From positions 58,492-122,491 of the forward strand of contig CAVIIZ010000003.1 of the NCBI GenBank assembly GCA_963642995.1: a DNA stretch of 64,000 bases. The letters are read 5' to 3'. Positions within the stretch are counted from its first letter, which is position 1. Each line of letters starts with the position of its first letter. Under the pieces are notes generated by a model that worked only from the letters and a program-made list of their open reading frames with translations, did no database searches and was not told the DNA's origin. This stretch comes from a bacterium. GTDB lineage: Bacteria > Actinomycetota > Coriobacteriia > Coriobacteriales > QAMH01. The translations under genes were made by a program, and so were the position numbers. Positions 1-8,278 of the stretch are shown one piece after another.

Positions 1-9
1 GGCGACACG

Positions 10-1971
10 GTGGCCGAGCTGGTAGACGGCGTGACCAAGATCTCCAACATCGAGGTCGAGTCGCTGTCCGAGACCCAGGTGCGCACCTTGCGCAAGATGC
101 TCGTCGCCATGAGCCGCGACATACGCGTCATCGTCATCAAGCTGGCCGACCGCCTGCACAACATGCGCACCCTCATGGCCTTGCGCGAGGACCGCCGCAT
201 CTTCAAAGCCAAGGAGACCATGGAGATCTACGCGCCGTTGGCCAACCGCCTGGGGATGGGGTCGATCAAATGGGAGCTCGAAGACCTCGCCTTCTTCTAT
301 TTGGAACCTGCCAAATACCAGCAGGTGCAAAAGATGGTGTCTGAAACGCGCGAGGGCCGCGAGGCCTACCTGGAGCGCGTGGTGGGCATATTGCGCGACG
401 AGCTGGACCGCGTGGGCCTGGCCGACGCCAAGATATACGGCCGCCCGAAGCACCTCTACAGCATCTACCAGAAGATGTCGATGCGCCGCAAGGACTTCGA
501 CGAGATATACGATTTGATCGGCGTGCGCATCATCGTGGAGTCCGTTTCGGCGTGCTACAGCTCCCTTGGCGCCGTGCACAACCTGTGGCATCCCATGCCG
601 GGGCGTTTCAAGGACTACATCGCCATGCCCAAGTTCAACATGTACCAGTCGTTGCACACGACGGTCATAGGGCCTGCCGGCCGCCCCCTCGAGATCCAGA
701 TCCGCACCGAGGACATGCACCGCATGAACGAGTACGGCGTCGCGGCGCACTGGCGCTACAAGGAAGGCGGCGCGGACGGCGCGGGCGGCAAAGACAGGCG
801 CAGCTTCGACCAGAAGCTCACATGGCTTGCCGAGATGCTCGACTGGCAGCAGGAGATGGAAGACCCGCGCGAGTTCATGGACTCGTTGAAGGTGGACCTC
901 TTTGAAAACGAGGTTTTCGCCTTCACCCCGAAAGGCGAGGTGATCAGCCTGCGCGCCGCGGCCACGCCGCTCGATTTCGCCTACTCCATCCACACCGAGG
1001 TGGGAAACCATTGCGTGGGCGCGAAGGTGAACGGCTCGATCGTGCCGCTCACCTACACGCTGCAAAACGGCGACCGCGTCGAGATCCTCACGCAGAAAAA
1101 CGCGAGCCCCTCGCTGGACTGGGTGAACATCGCGCGCACGCCGCGCGCCCGCGCAAAGATCCGCACCTACTTCTCAAAGGCCTCGCGCAACGACGACCTG
1201 GAACGCGGACGCGACTTCATCTTGAAGGAGGTGCGCAAAGACGGCCTGGGCGCGGGCTCGGCCAAAGTGCTGAAGATGCTCGACGAGGTGGCCTCGGAGC
1301 TGAGCTTTGCCTCGGCCGACGAGATGATGGTGGCCGTGGGCGCGGGCAAGCTCTCGCCCAAGCAGGTCTCGCATCGCGTCATGCGCGTGATGAGCAAGGC
1401 GAGCGCGCAGACGGCCGACCCCTTGTCGCAGGTGAGGGTGCCCGCCGCGAAGGCGTCTTCGCACGGCAAGGGGCGCAAGCGCAACAACGCCGGCGTGGAG
1501 GTGACAGGCCTCGACGACGTGTTCGTGCGCCTGTCGCGTTGCTGCAACCCGGTGCCGGGCGACGAGATCATCGGGTTCATCACCCGCGGCCGCGGCGTGT
1601 CCGTGCATCGTGCGGACTGCCCGAACGCCAAGGACCTGACGCGCAGCCCGGAGCGCATGATCGAGGTGGCGTGGGAAAAGGACGTGCGTTCCAGCTACCA
1701 GGTCGAGATTTTCGTCGAGGCCATCGACCGGCTGCGCCTGCTGCAAGACATCGTCGTCTTCCTGGCCGACCAGGGCGTCAACATCGTGTCGTGCGCGACC
1801 ACGACGCACAACGACGATATAGTGGAGATGCGTTTCCTGTTCGAGATGTCGGACACGGAACGCATCGAGGAGATACTGCACAACCTGCTCACGGTGGACG
1901 GCGTTTTCGGCGCCAAGCGCATGCTGCCCGCCCCGGGCGCGAAAAAGGGGAAGGGGAAGAAGGGCCGATGA
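10..1971 (+). CDS. relA: RelA/SpoT-family bifunctional (p)ppGpp synthetase/hydrolase (RSH); 5' end lies outside the window
   Basis: ORF track 10..1971. HD-domain tail (ADRLHNMRTL), synthetase motifs (YGRPKHLYSIYQKM, DLIGVRIIV), TGS region (FTPKGEVISL...NGDRVEILT), ACT-like C-terminus. Open to the window edge. Confidence 0.95.
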   Translation: MAELVDGVTKISNIEVESLSETQVRTLRKMLVAMSRDIRVIVIKLADRLHNMRTLMALREDRRIFKAKETMEIYAPLANRLGMGSIKWELEDLAFFYLEPAKYQQVQKMVSETREGREAYLERVVGILRDELDRVGLADAKIYGRPKHLYSIYQKMSMRRKDFDEIYDLIGVRIIVESVSACYSSLGAVHNLWHPMPGRFKDYIAMPKFNMYQSLHTTVIGPAGRPLEIQIRTEDMHRMNEYGVAAHWRYKEGGADGAGGKDRRSFDQKLTWLAEMLDWQQEMEDPREFMDSLKVDLFENEVFAFTPKGEVISLRAAATPLDFAYSIHTEVGNHCVGAKVNGSIVPLTYTLQNGDRVEILTQKNASPSLDWVNIARTPRARAKIRTYFSKASRNDDLERGRDFILKEVRKDGLGAGSAKVLKMLDEVASELSFASADEMMVAVGAGKLSPKQVSHRVMRVMSKASAQTADPLSQVRVPAAKASSHGKGRKRNNAGVEVTGLDDVFVRLSRCCNPVPGDEIIGFITRGRGVSVHRADCPNAKDLTRSPERMIEVAWEKDVRSSYQVEIFVEAIDRLRLLQDIVVFLADQGVNIVSCATTTHNDDIVEMRFLFEMSDTERIEEILHNLLTVDGVFGAKRMLPAPGAKKGKGKKGR

Positions 1972-2585
1972 AGGTGGAGACGCGGGTCGTGGGGCCGATA
2001 GGGGAGAACTGCTATCTGGTGCAAGATTGCGGCGAGCTTCTGGTCGTGGATCCGGGCGACGAGCTGGATCGCATCATGTCGGCCGTCGCGCGCAGGCCGG
2101 TGAGGAAAATCGTCTTGACGCACGGGCATTGGGACCATATCGGCGCCGCGGCGGGGCTGTCGGCGAAAACCGGCGCGCGCATAGCGGCGGGCAGGGAAGA
2201 CGCGCATGCCATCGAGACCTGCGAGGAGGAAAGCGTGCGCAAGAGCCCCTACGGGATGCCCGCCGTGGGGGAGCTTTTGAAAGACGGCGACAGCGTGAAC
2301 ATCGGTTTCGTCTCGTTTCGCGTGATCGCGACGCCCGGCCACACGCCGGGGTCGATCTGCCTCTACAGCGCCGCGCAAAAGGCGCTTTTTGCGGGCGACA
2401 CCCTGTTCGCGGGCGGGCGCTATGGGCGCACGGATCTGGCGGGCGGCAGTTTCGAGGCCATCTGCGCGTCGATGCGCGGGAAACTTGCCGGCATCCCCGA
2501 CGACGTGAACATCTACTGCGGGCACGGACAGCCCACGACCATGGGCGCCGAGCGCGCGCTGAACCCGTACCTCGCGCGGGCATGA
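1968..2585 (+). CDS. MBL-fold metallo-hydrolase (hydroxyacylglutathione hydrolase-like)
   Basis: ATG at 1968 overlaps the relA stop (ATGA). THGHWDH metal-binding motif, ATPGHTPGS, CGHG. It is the last 205 codons of track ORF 1011..2585. Confidence 0.9.
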   Translation: MKVETRVVGPIGENCYLVQDCGELLVVDPGDELDRIMSAVARRPVRKIVLTHGHWDHIGAAAGLSAKTGARIAAGREDAHAIETCEEESVRKSPYGMPAVGELLKDGDSVNIGFVSFRVIATPGHTPGSICLYSAAQKALFAGDTLFAGGRYGRTDLAGGSFEAICASMRGKLAGIPDDVNIYCGHGQPTTMGAERALNPYLARA

Positions 2586-2676
2586 TTTCCGAAATGCGCC
2601 TCATCAGGCTCGCCTTGCGGTTGCAAGTCGCGTCGTTCATGCCCCTGCCACCCGTGTGCGCCCCTTTCGGGCAATG

Positions 2677-2701
2677 AAAAAGCCGCCCCCGAAAGGACGG
2701 C
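2677..2701 (-). terminator. Second hairpin plus T-run on the minus strand (GCCGTCC-tttc-GGGGGCGGC-TTTTT)
   Basis: Read on the minus strand: 7-bp GC stem with one G.U pair, followed by TTTTT. It lies about 85 nt beyond the first tRNA-operon terminator. Confidence 0.4.
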
Positions 2702-2784
2702 CTGCACACATTCGCGGCGCGCAAGACCTGGAGAAGCGGGCGTAGCCGTGCGCGATTTGCAGATTTCCGTTTTCCGACCCCTTG

Positions 2785-2826
2785 GAAAAAAGAAGCAGGC
2801 CAGACGCTTTACCCCGTCCGACCTGC
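2785..2826 (-). terminator. Rho-independent terminator of the tRNA-Asn/tRNA-Val operon
   Basis: Minus strand reads GCAGGTCGGACG-gggtaaag-CGTCTGGCCTGC followed by TTCTTTTTT. It starts about 10 nt after the tRNA-Val 3' end. Confidence 0.7.
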
Positions 2827-2836
2827 GGTTTTACGA

Positions 2837-2911
2837 TGGTGGGCGTTGCTGGTTTCGAACCAGCGACCTCTGCCGTGTGAAGGCAGCGCTCTCCCGCTGA
2901 GCTAAACGCCC
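2837..2911 (-). tRNA. tRNA-Val (anticodon CAC)
   Basis: Hand-folded cloverleaf: acceptor GGGCGTT/AACGCCC, anticodon loop TTCACAC, T-loop GGTTCGAAACC, encoded CCA. Confidence 0.9.
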
Positions 2912-2956
2912 GCATCTTCAAAGGGGGCGCCCCGAAAGGAACCCCCTTGAAAAGGC

Positions 2957-3031
2957 TGGCTCCCCGGGCAGGACTCGAACCTGCAACAACTCGATTAACA
3001 GTCGAGGGCTCTGCCATTGAGCTACCGAGGA
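2957..3031 (-). tRNA. tRNA-Asn (anticodon GTT)
   Basis: Hand-folded: acceptor TCCTCGG/CCGGGGA, anticodon loop CTGTTAA, T-arm GCAGGTTCGAGTCCTGC, encoded CCA. Confidence 0.9.
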
Positions 3032-3058
3032 ATGCATGCGCGCTTCGCGCAAGACGGC

Positions 3059-3086
3059 ATAGTAGCATAAAACGGGCGCGTGGCAA
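3059..3086 (-). promoter_or_regulatory. Putative promoter of the tRNA operon (TTGCCA - 16 nt - TGC-TACTAT)
   Basis: Minus strand reads TTGCCAcgcgcccgttttaTGCTACTAT about 25 nt upstream of the tRNA-Asn 5' end. The -10 is of the extended type. Confidence 0.55.
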
Positions 3087-3213
3087 GGAATATTGCCGGA
3101 CTTCTTTTGCCCATCGCAATTGGCTTTCGCACGCACGCTTCCATGCGCGGATGCGGGCTTCTCATGCGTGCGGGCATTTTGCGCGCGCCCGGGCGTCGAC
3201 GGCCGCTTTTCCG

Positions 3214-3257
3214 TGTGATAATGAATGCGGTTTTCAAAAGATGGTTTTCGAGAAAAC
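3214..3257 (+). promoter_or_regulatory. Putative extended -10 (TGTGATAAT) followed by GGTTTTC direct repeats and a GTTTTC-GA-GAAAAC palindrome
   Basis: AT-rich patch in a GC-rich background, 30-70 nt upstream of the ATG at 3286. GGTTTTC at 3229-3235 and 3243-3249; inverted repeat at 3244-3257. Confidence 0.35.
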
Positions 3258-3285
3258 GAGATGTCGATATGGCGAGGGGGCTTGT

Positions 3286-4233
3286 ATGCGCAAGACGAGT
3301 GACGGGCAGGCATCGGCTTTCGGGGAGGGTGCTGCTGCGTTTGCCTGCGACGATGCGACGGACGGGCGGGCTGAAACCGGGCGGTCTGTCGTCGGGGCGC
3401 ACTCGAAGCCCGAAGTCGCGGGTGAAGGCGATGGGGCGGTGCTCGAGGCGCTTGCCCGGGCGGCGCGTGCCCAAAGGGAATCTGCGGGCTTCGGCTCCGG
3501 CGTCGAAGGGGCGCATAGCATAGGCGCCGTCCGTGACATCGGGGCGCACGGCGCAGACGCCCTCCTGAGCGAGCCTTACCCTACAAAGGAGGCCGTCCGT
3601 GACATCGGGGCGCACGGCGCAGACGCCGTCCGGGATGCCGAGACCCCTGCCGCCCCGAGGAAAAAGGCCGGGAAGCGCACGGCGATAATCGCGACCTGCG
3701 CCGTCGCGTGCCTCGTGCTGCTAGGCGCCCTCGTCTGCGTGTTCTTGTCTTCTCCCGCGCCCGGAAGCGACGCGGCGAAGACGGTGGAGAAGGCCTTGGG
3801 CAACGCGAGGTCCGCGAACAGCTCGACGATCGCGCAGCTGGTCGAAAACGACATGGGCGAGAGCTTTTCCAGATACGGCATCGACGCGGCCGCGCTGGCT
3901 TCGTGGTTGAAGGAGGACATGAGCTACACGGTGACGAAGCTGGACGAGCAGAAGAACACGGCCACCGTCACGGTGAAGGCGACCTGCCATGATTTGTCCC
4001 AGTTCCAAGAATGCGTCACCGCGGTGGCAAAGGAAGCGGCCTCCTCTGCGGATTTCCAAAACGTCACGTCGGCAGAAGACGCCTACAAGCTCATCGGCGC
4101 CAAGGCCTTCGAGCGTGCGAAAAGCGAGTCGCCGGCAAGCAAGAACTTTGAAGTGAGGGTCGTGAAGCAAGGCGAGAACTGGGAGCTGACAAGCGAGGAC
4201 GAGGCGGGCATCTTCTCGCGGCTGTGGGGGTGA
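3286..4233 (+). CDS. Hypothetical single-pass membrane protein (cytoplasmic low-complexity N-terminus, one TM, extracytoplasmic domain of about 190 aa)
   Basis: C-terminal 315 codons of track ORF 2947..4233; the upstream part overlaps tRNA-Asn and was discarded. TM segment AIIATCAVACLVLLGALVCVFL. The start site is uncertain. Confidence 0.65.
   Translation: MRKTSDGQASAFGEGAAAFACDDATDGRAETGRSVVGAHSKPEVAGEGDGAVLEALARAARAQRESAGFGSGVEGAHSIGAVRDIGAHGADALLSEPYPTKEAVRDIGAHGADAVRDAETPAAPRKKAGKRTAIIATCAVACLVLLGALVCVFLSSPAPGSDAAKTVEKALGNARSANSSTIAQLVENDMGESFSRYGIDAAALASWLKEDMSYTVTKLDEQKNTATVTVKATCHDLSQFQECVTAVAKEAASSADFQNVTSAEDAYKLIGAKAFERAKSESPASKNFEVRVVKQGENWELTSEDEAGIFSRLWG
3526..3627 (+). repeat. 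Two perfect 36-bp direct repeats (3526-3561 and 3592-3627), each encoding AVRDIGAHGADA
   Basis: Identical string gccgtccgtgacatcggggcgcacggcgcagacgcc occurs twice with a 66-bp period inside the CDS. Confidence 0.9.
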
Positions 4234-4277
4234 GGCGGCCCGTCCTCGCGCGCGGCGCACACGAAAGGGTAGGGGAA

Positions 4278-4312
4278 AAGCCCCGGTTTTCCCCGTGGGA
4301 AGGCCGGGGCTT
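4278..4312. terminator. Bidirectional terminator-like hairpin between convergent genes
   Basis: AAGCCCCGGTTTTCCC-cgt-GGGAAGGCCGGGGCTT gives a 16-bp stem (two G.U pairs) with a 3-nt loop. Flanked by T-containing runs on both strands. Confidence 0.6.
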
Positions 4313-4352
4313 CGCTTTGCCCCCACCGTTTCGACGCCTTGCTTTCCCCGCT

Positions 4353-7300
4353 CTAGGAGCTGCGCCCCTGCGCCCACGCGTCCCAGTCGGCGGCCGAACC
4401 GTAGAATTTGTTCAGGTCCAGCAGCCCGCCTCCGCCGCCGACGTCTCCCTGGCTCGTGTATTGCCTGCACACGCAGGTGTAGGCGCCCTCGTTCCAGGGG
4501 CGGTCCTGGTAGCCCGTCGTGTTGTAGTTCGCGTACTGCGCGATCCACAGCGGACCGGAATAGTGGTGCGAGATGCTCTGGCTGACATAGGTCCACGCGG
4601 TCTTGCCCGTGCGGTTTCTCACCTGCGCGCGCCACCGGTTCGTCCACCACGCGCCGTTTTCGGCATATGCCCTGTTCTGCACGCGCTCCCAGTCGATTAT
4701 CAACACGGCGCGCCCGAGGAAGTCGCCGATCTGGTTCACGAAGAAATTCGCCTCGTCTTCGGGGCTGTCGCCCGCCGCGTAGTGGTACAGCCCGAGCTTC
4801 TTGCCCGAGTTCAGCGTCGCTTGCGCCCACTGCCGCCAGTAGGGGTTGGTGTAGCTCGTGCCTTGCGAGACCTTCACGATGACGAAGTCCGCGTCCACCG
4901 ACCATATGTCGATGCCCGCCTGCCACGAGGCGATGTCGATGCCGCGCAGGCTCCTCCTCGCGTCGTAGCTCGTCGGGGTGAAGCGCCAGCCCTGGGCCTT
5001 GGTGCCGTTGGCGGCGTAGACTTGGATGTTGGTCTCGTTGGCCGTGCGCGCGCCTGCCACATCGAGGCGCAACGAGGTCTTCAGCACCGAAGCGATGGTG
5101 AAGTACCCGGACGCCGACCAGTAGACGCGCCACTTCTGCGCCTTCGTCGAGTTGCGCGTCCACAGCTGCACGTTCGCCCCGCTGCGTGCCGAGCCGCCCG
5201 TCACGTCGAGGGCAAGCCCCGACCCCGCGTTCACGATGGTGTAGCTCGCCTTGTCGGAATTCAAGACGAAGAGCCATTTCTGCGTGTCGTAGGTGGACTT
5301 CGTCGTCAGGGACACGTTCGTGCCGACCGAGGTGCGCGCGTGGGCGGCGCCGACGATCGTCTTGTTGCTGAGCGCCGAGACGATGGCGAAGTACGCATCC
5401 GGCTCGACGGCGTAGGCCCGCGCCAGCTTCCAGCGCTGCGCCTTGGCGTTGTTCCATTTCCAGGTTTGCACGGTGTTGCCGTCTGTCGTCACCGCGCCCG
5501 AAAGGTCGAGCCATTTGCCCGTGAGCAGGTTCTTCAGCAGGTAGTAGCCCCTCCTCTTGTCGACGAGCCATCGCTGGCTCGAAGCGTTCGTCTTGGCGTG
5601 CTGGTACAGCGAGCCGTCCGATTTGGCCGTCAGGTACTTGCCGGATGCGGTGCTCTGCAGCGTGTAGGTGTTGGCGGCGACCCGCGACAGGTACCATTTC
5701 TGCGCGTAGGTCTTGTTGGACGTCCAGATCTGGATTCTCGTGTTGTCGGCCGTGCCCGCGTTCGACAGGTCGAGCACCTTCGAGGAGCCGAGCGCGCTGG
5801 CGATGGAGTAGAGCCCGTTTGCGACGATCGCCGTGACCTTCTTGAACTTCCAGCGCTGCGCGGCCGTGGAGTTCGCCTTGAAGATGTTGACGTTGGCGCC
5901 GTTTGCCCTGTTGCCGTTGCAGACGTCGACGACGATGCGGGGGAAGAGGGCGGAGACGAGTTTGTAGGTCCCGTCGCCGTAGGGCACGGCCACCCATTTT
6001 TGGGCGAGGCTGTTGTTGGCCGCGTATTGCCACACGTTGGTGCCGTGGGCCTTCTTGCCGCCCGCCACGTCGAGCATCTTGCCCGAGTTCACGTTCTCCA
6101 GCTGCATGTAGCCGGTCGAGTCGTAGGTGATGCGCCACATCTGCGCCTGCGTGGAGTTCGAGTCCCACAGCTGCACGTTGGCGCCGTTTGCCGTCGAGCC
6201 GCCCGACACGTCGAGCACGCGCGCGCCGGACAGCGAGGTGGCGATGGTGTAGACGCCGGACGCGATGGCGTTTTTGCGGGCAGCCACCTGCTTTGCAAGC
6301 GTCGCCTTCGCGGACGTCACGTCGTAGAGCCTCCAGCGTTGCGCGGCGGTGCCGTTTGCCTTGTACAGCCACAGCTTCGCGTCGTTTGCCTTCGAGGCGC
6401 CGTAGAGGTCCAGCGCGAAGCGCGCATCGAGCGCCGAGACGATGCGGTAGCCGCCGCCGGCCAGCTTGGTGACGATCCACTTCTGGGCGAGGCTGCCGTT
6501 TGCCTTGAACTGCCACACGGTCGCGCCCTTGAACGCCTTGCCGTTCGCCACGTCGAGCACCTTGCCCGTTTTGACGTTGGCGAAGGTGGCGTAGTTGTTC
6601 GCGTCGTAGGAGACGCGCCATTGCTGCGCGGCCGTGTAGTTGGCGCTGTATTGGGTGATGGCCGCCTTGTTGGAAGTCGAGCCGCGGTAGACCTCCACGT
6701 TTTTGCCCGAGGCGGCCGAATAGACGATGTAGACGTGTCCGTTTTCGAGGACGCGCGCACCGCCCTTGGGAGTCGAGCTTGCCGTGGCGGCCGTGGCCGT
6801 GGCCGCATGTGCGGTCGCGGCGCCCGCTTTCACAGCACCCGCCTTCGCGGCCGTGTTCGCCGCGGCGGCCTTCGAGGCGCCCGCGCCGGCGGTGATGGCC
6901 GTGGGGGCCTTCGAGGCGCTGACAGGCGTGGCGGCCTTCGAGGCGCCTGTGCCGGCATCTTCATCCGATGGCGTGCCCTCGCCCGCGCCCGCATCCGTTG
7001 CCATGTCCGCGCCGGAGCCTGCGCCGCCTGCCGTCGCGGCGCCTGCGTCTGCGCCTGTGCCCGTCGCCTTCCCGGCGCCGTTCGCCTCCGCGCCCGCCGC
7101 AGCCGCATCCGTGCTATCCGCCGAGACGGCGCCCGCGGCAGCGCCGCTGTCTGCCCGGTCGGCGCCGGCGCCTGCCTGCGCCGCGTCTGCTCCTGCGACG
7201 CCTTCTGCGCCTGCGACGCCTTCTGCGCCTGCGCCGTCTTCTGCGGATGCGGCGGCCGCCTCGGCAAGCGCCGCATCCTCGTCGCCGAATCCTGCGGCGT

Positions 7301-7409
7301 GCGCGCCCGACGGGCACAGCATGGCTGCCGCCAAGACGAATGCGCAGGCAGCGCACATCGCGCCCGCCTTCGCCCATGTCCTTGCCGCAACCGGCGAAAT
7401 CACGCCCAC
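4353..7409 (-). CDS. Secreted GH25 muramidase (lysozyme) with four ricin-B/CBM13-type lectin domains and an Ala/Gly-rich linker
   Basis: C-terminal GH25 signature (RGIDIASWQ...VIVKVSQG...LGLYHY). 12 QxW motifs (AQQW, AQKW, AQRW ...) correspond to 4 beta-trefoils. Signal-peptide-like MCAACAFVLAAAMLCPSGAHA. GTG at 7409 is preceded by GGGAGGAG; alternative starts are ATG 7448 and ATG 7358. Confidence 0.88.
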   Translation of the reverse strand: MGVISPVAARTWAKAGAMCAACAFVLAAAMLCPSGAHAAGFGDEDAALAEAAAASAEDGAGAEGVAGAEGVAGADAAQAGAGADRADSGAAAGAVSADSTDAAAAGAEANGAGKATGTGADAGAATAGGAGSGADMATDAGAGEGTPSDEDAGTGASKAATPVSASKAPTAITAGAGASKAAAANTAAKAGAVKAGAATAHAATATAATASSTPKGGARVLENGHVYIVYSAASGKNVEVYRGSTSNKAAITQYSANYTAAQQWRVSYDANNYATFANVKTGKVLDVANGKAFKGATVWQFKANGSLAQKWIVTKLAGGGYRIVSALDARFALDLYGASKANDAKLWLYKANGTAAQRWRLYDVTSAKATLAKQVAARKNAIASGVYTIATSLSGARVLDVSGGSTANGANVQLWDSNSTQAQMWRITYDSTGYMQLENVNSGKMLDVAGGKKAHGTNVWQYAANNSLAQKWVAVPYGDGTYKLVSALFPRIVVDVCNGNRANGANVNIFKANSTAAQRWKFKKVTAIVANGLYSIASALGSSKVLDLSNAGTADNTRIQIWTSNKTYAQKWYLSRVAANTYTLQSTASGKYLTAKSDGSLYQHAKTNASSQRWLVDKRRGYYLLKNLLTGKWLDLSGAVTTDGNTVQTWKWNNAKAQRWKLARAYAVEPDAYFAIVSALSNKTIVGAAHARTSVGTNVSLTTKSTYDTQKWLFVLNSDKASYTIVNAGSGLALDVTGGSARSGANVQLWTRNSTKAQKWRVYWSASGYFTIASVLKTSLRLDVAGARTANETNIQVYAANGTKAQGWRFTPTSYDARRSLRGIDIASWQAGIDIWSVDADFVIVKVSQGTSYTNPYWRQWAQATLNSGKKLGLYHYAAGDSPEDEANFFVNQIGDFLGRAVLIIDWERVQNRAYAENGAWWTNRWRAQVRNRTGKTAWTYVSQSISHHYSGPLWIAQYANYNTTGYQDRPWNEGAYTCVCRQYTSQGDVGGGGGLLDLNKFYGSAADWDAWAQGRSS
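7193..7246. repeat. 18-bp tandem repeat (2 perfect copies plus 1 degenerate) encoding AEGVAG units in the lysozyme linker
   Basis: ctgcgacgccttctgcgc occurs at 7193-7210 and 7211-7228, with a degenerate copy at 7229-7246. Confidence 0.85.
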
Positions 7410-7438
7410 CTTCGCTCCTCCCGTGCTCGCGCCCGCCC

Positions 7439-8041
7439 TCACGCGCATGCCCGCTTGAAGGCTGCGAGCAGGTCGTCGTAGTCGTCGAATGCCTCGATGT
7501 CGGGGTTTTCGGCGCGTATGGCCTCGGGTGCGCGGAACAGGAAGCCGGCCTTGCTCGCGCGCAGCATCCCCAGGTCGTTGTGGCTGTCGCCCGCCGCGAT
7601 GGTGTCGTAGCCCATTTGCTGCAGGGCGCGCACCGTGTTCACCTTCATGTTGCCCGCGCGCAACGTGTAGCCGGCGATGGCGCCGTCCGCGTCCACCTCG
7701 AGCGTGTTGCACAAGATGGTCGGCCAGCCCATTTTCTCCATGATGGGCATGGCGAACTGCTCGAAGGTGTCGGAGATGATGACGATCTGGGTGAAGCGGC
7801 GCATCTGCGCGATGAAGTCCATGGCGCCTTCCAGCGGCTCGATGCGGCTGATGACGGCCTGTATGTCGGCCAGCTTCATCCCGTGCTCGCGCAAGACGGC
7901 CAGGCGCCAGTCCATGAGCTTTGCGTAGTCGGGCTCGTCGCGCGTCGTGCGCGTCAGCTCCCCGATGCCGCTTTCGCGGGCGAACTCGATCCATATCTCG
8001 GGCGCAAGGGTCCCCTCCAGGTCCAGGCAGGCTATGTGCAC
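7439..8041 (-). CDS. thrH: ThrH-type HAD phosphoserine phosphatase / homoserine phosphotransferase
   Basis: Near-colinear with my memory of Pseudomonas ThrH (IACLDLEGTLAPEIWIEFA..., ISDTF, AAGDSHND). GTG start preceded by GAAAGGAAA. Confidence 0.85.
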   Translation of the reverse strand: MHIACLDLEGTLAPEIWIEFARESGIGELTRTTRDEPDYAKLMDWRLAVLREHGMKLADIQAVISRIEPLEGAMDFIAQMRRFTQIVIISDTFEQFAMPIMEKMGWPTILCNTLEVDADGAIAGYTLRAGNMKVNTVRALQQMGYDTIAAGDSHNDLGMLRASKAGFLFRAPEAIRAENPDIEAFDDYDDLLAAFKRACA

Positions 8042-8109
8042 GGCGTTTCCTTTCGCTTTGAGCGCGCCGGCCCTCCCCGCGCAGCACGGCGCTTCGTCTT
8101 CGATGCGGC

Positions 8110-8115
8110 ATTATA
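8110..8115 (-). promoter_or_regulatory. Perfect TATAAT -10 hexamer upstream of thrH
   Basis: Minus strand reads gcacgTATAATgcc about 70 nt upstream of the thrH start. No convincing -35 element. Confidence 0.35.
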
Positions 8116-8278
8116 CGTGCGCTCTCATGGAAAACGCGGGTGCGCGCCTGGACGCGGCGCGTGAAAGGCGCGGGCGAACATGGCCGTCGGGCGCAAGGCC
8201 GGCGCGCCTTCTCTTGCCGCCCGCCGCGGTCCGTCGTGCGGCGTTTCCCCGAACGGGTTTTCGCGCCGCGCCCGCGTT

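Noticed and set aside
2947-3285. N-terminal 113 codons of track ORF 2947..4233.
   Set aside because: This part overlaps tRNA-Asn on the opposite strand and the tRNA promoter region. The coding-like sequence, preceded by an AT-rich promoter patch, only begins near 3286.
3721-6621. 966-aa minus-strand ORF and 1085-aa plus-strand ORF (4224..7481) overlapping the lysozyme gene.
   Set aside because: These are off-frame or antisense to the frame that carries the 12 QxW motifs and the GH25 signature. The products are low-complexity Arg/Gly-rich strings.
6766-7458. Repetitive Ala-rich region checked as a possible CRISPR or other repeat array.
   Set aside because: The repeats are 18-bp in-frame tandem units without unique spacers, inside the lysozyme linker. 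No CRISPR-like repeat-spacer periodicity occurs anywhere in the window.
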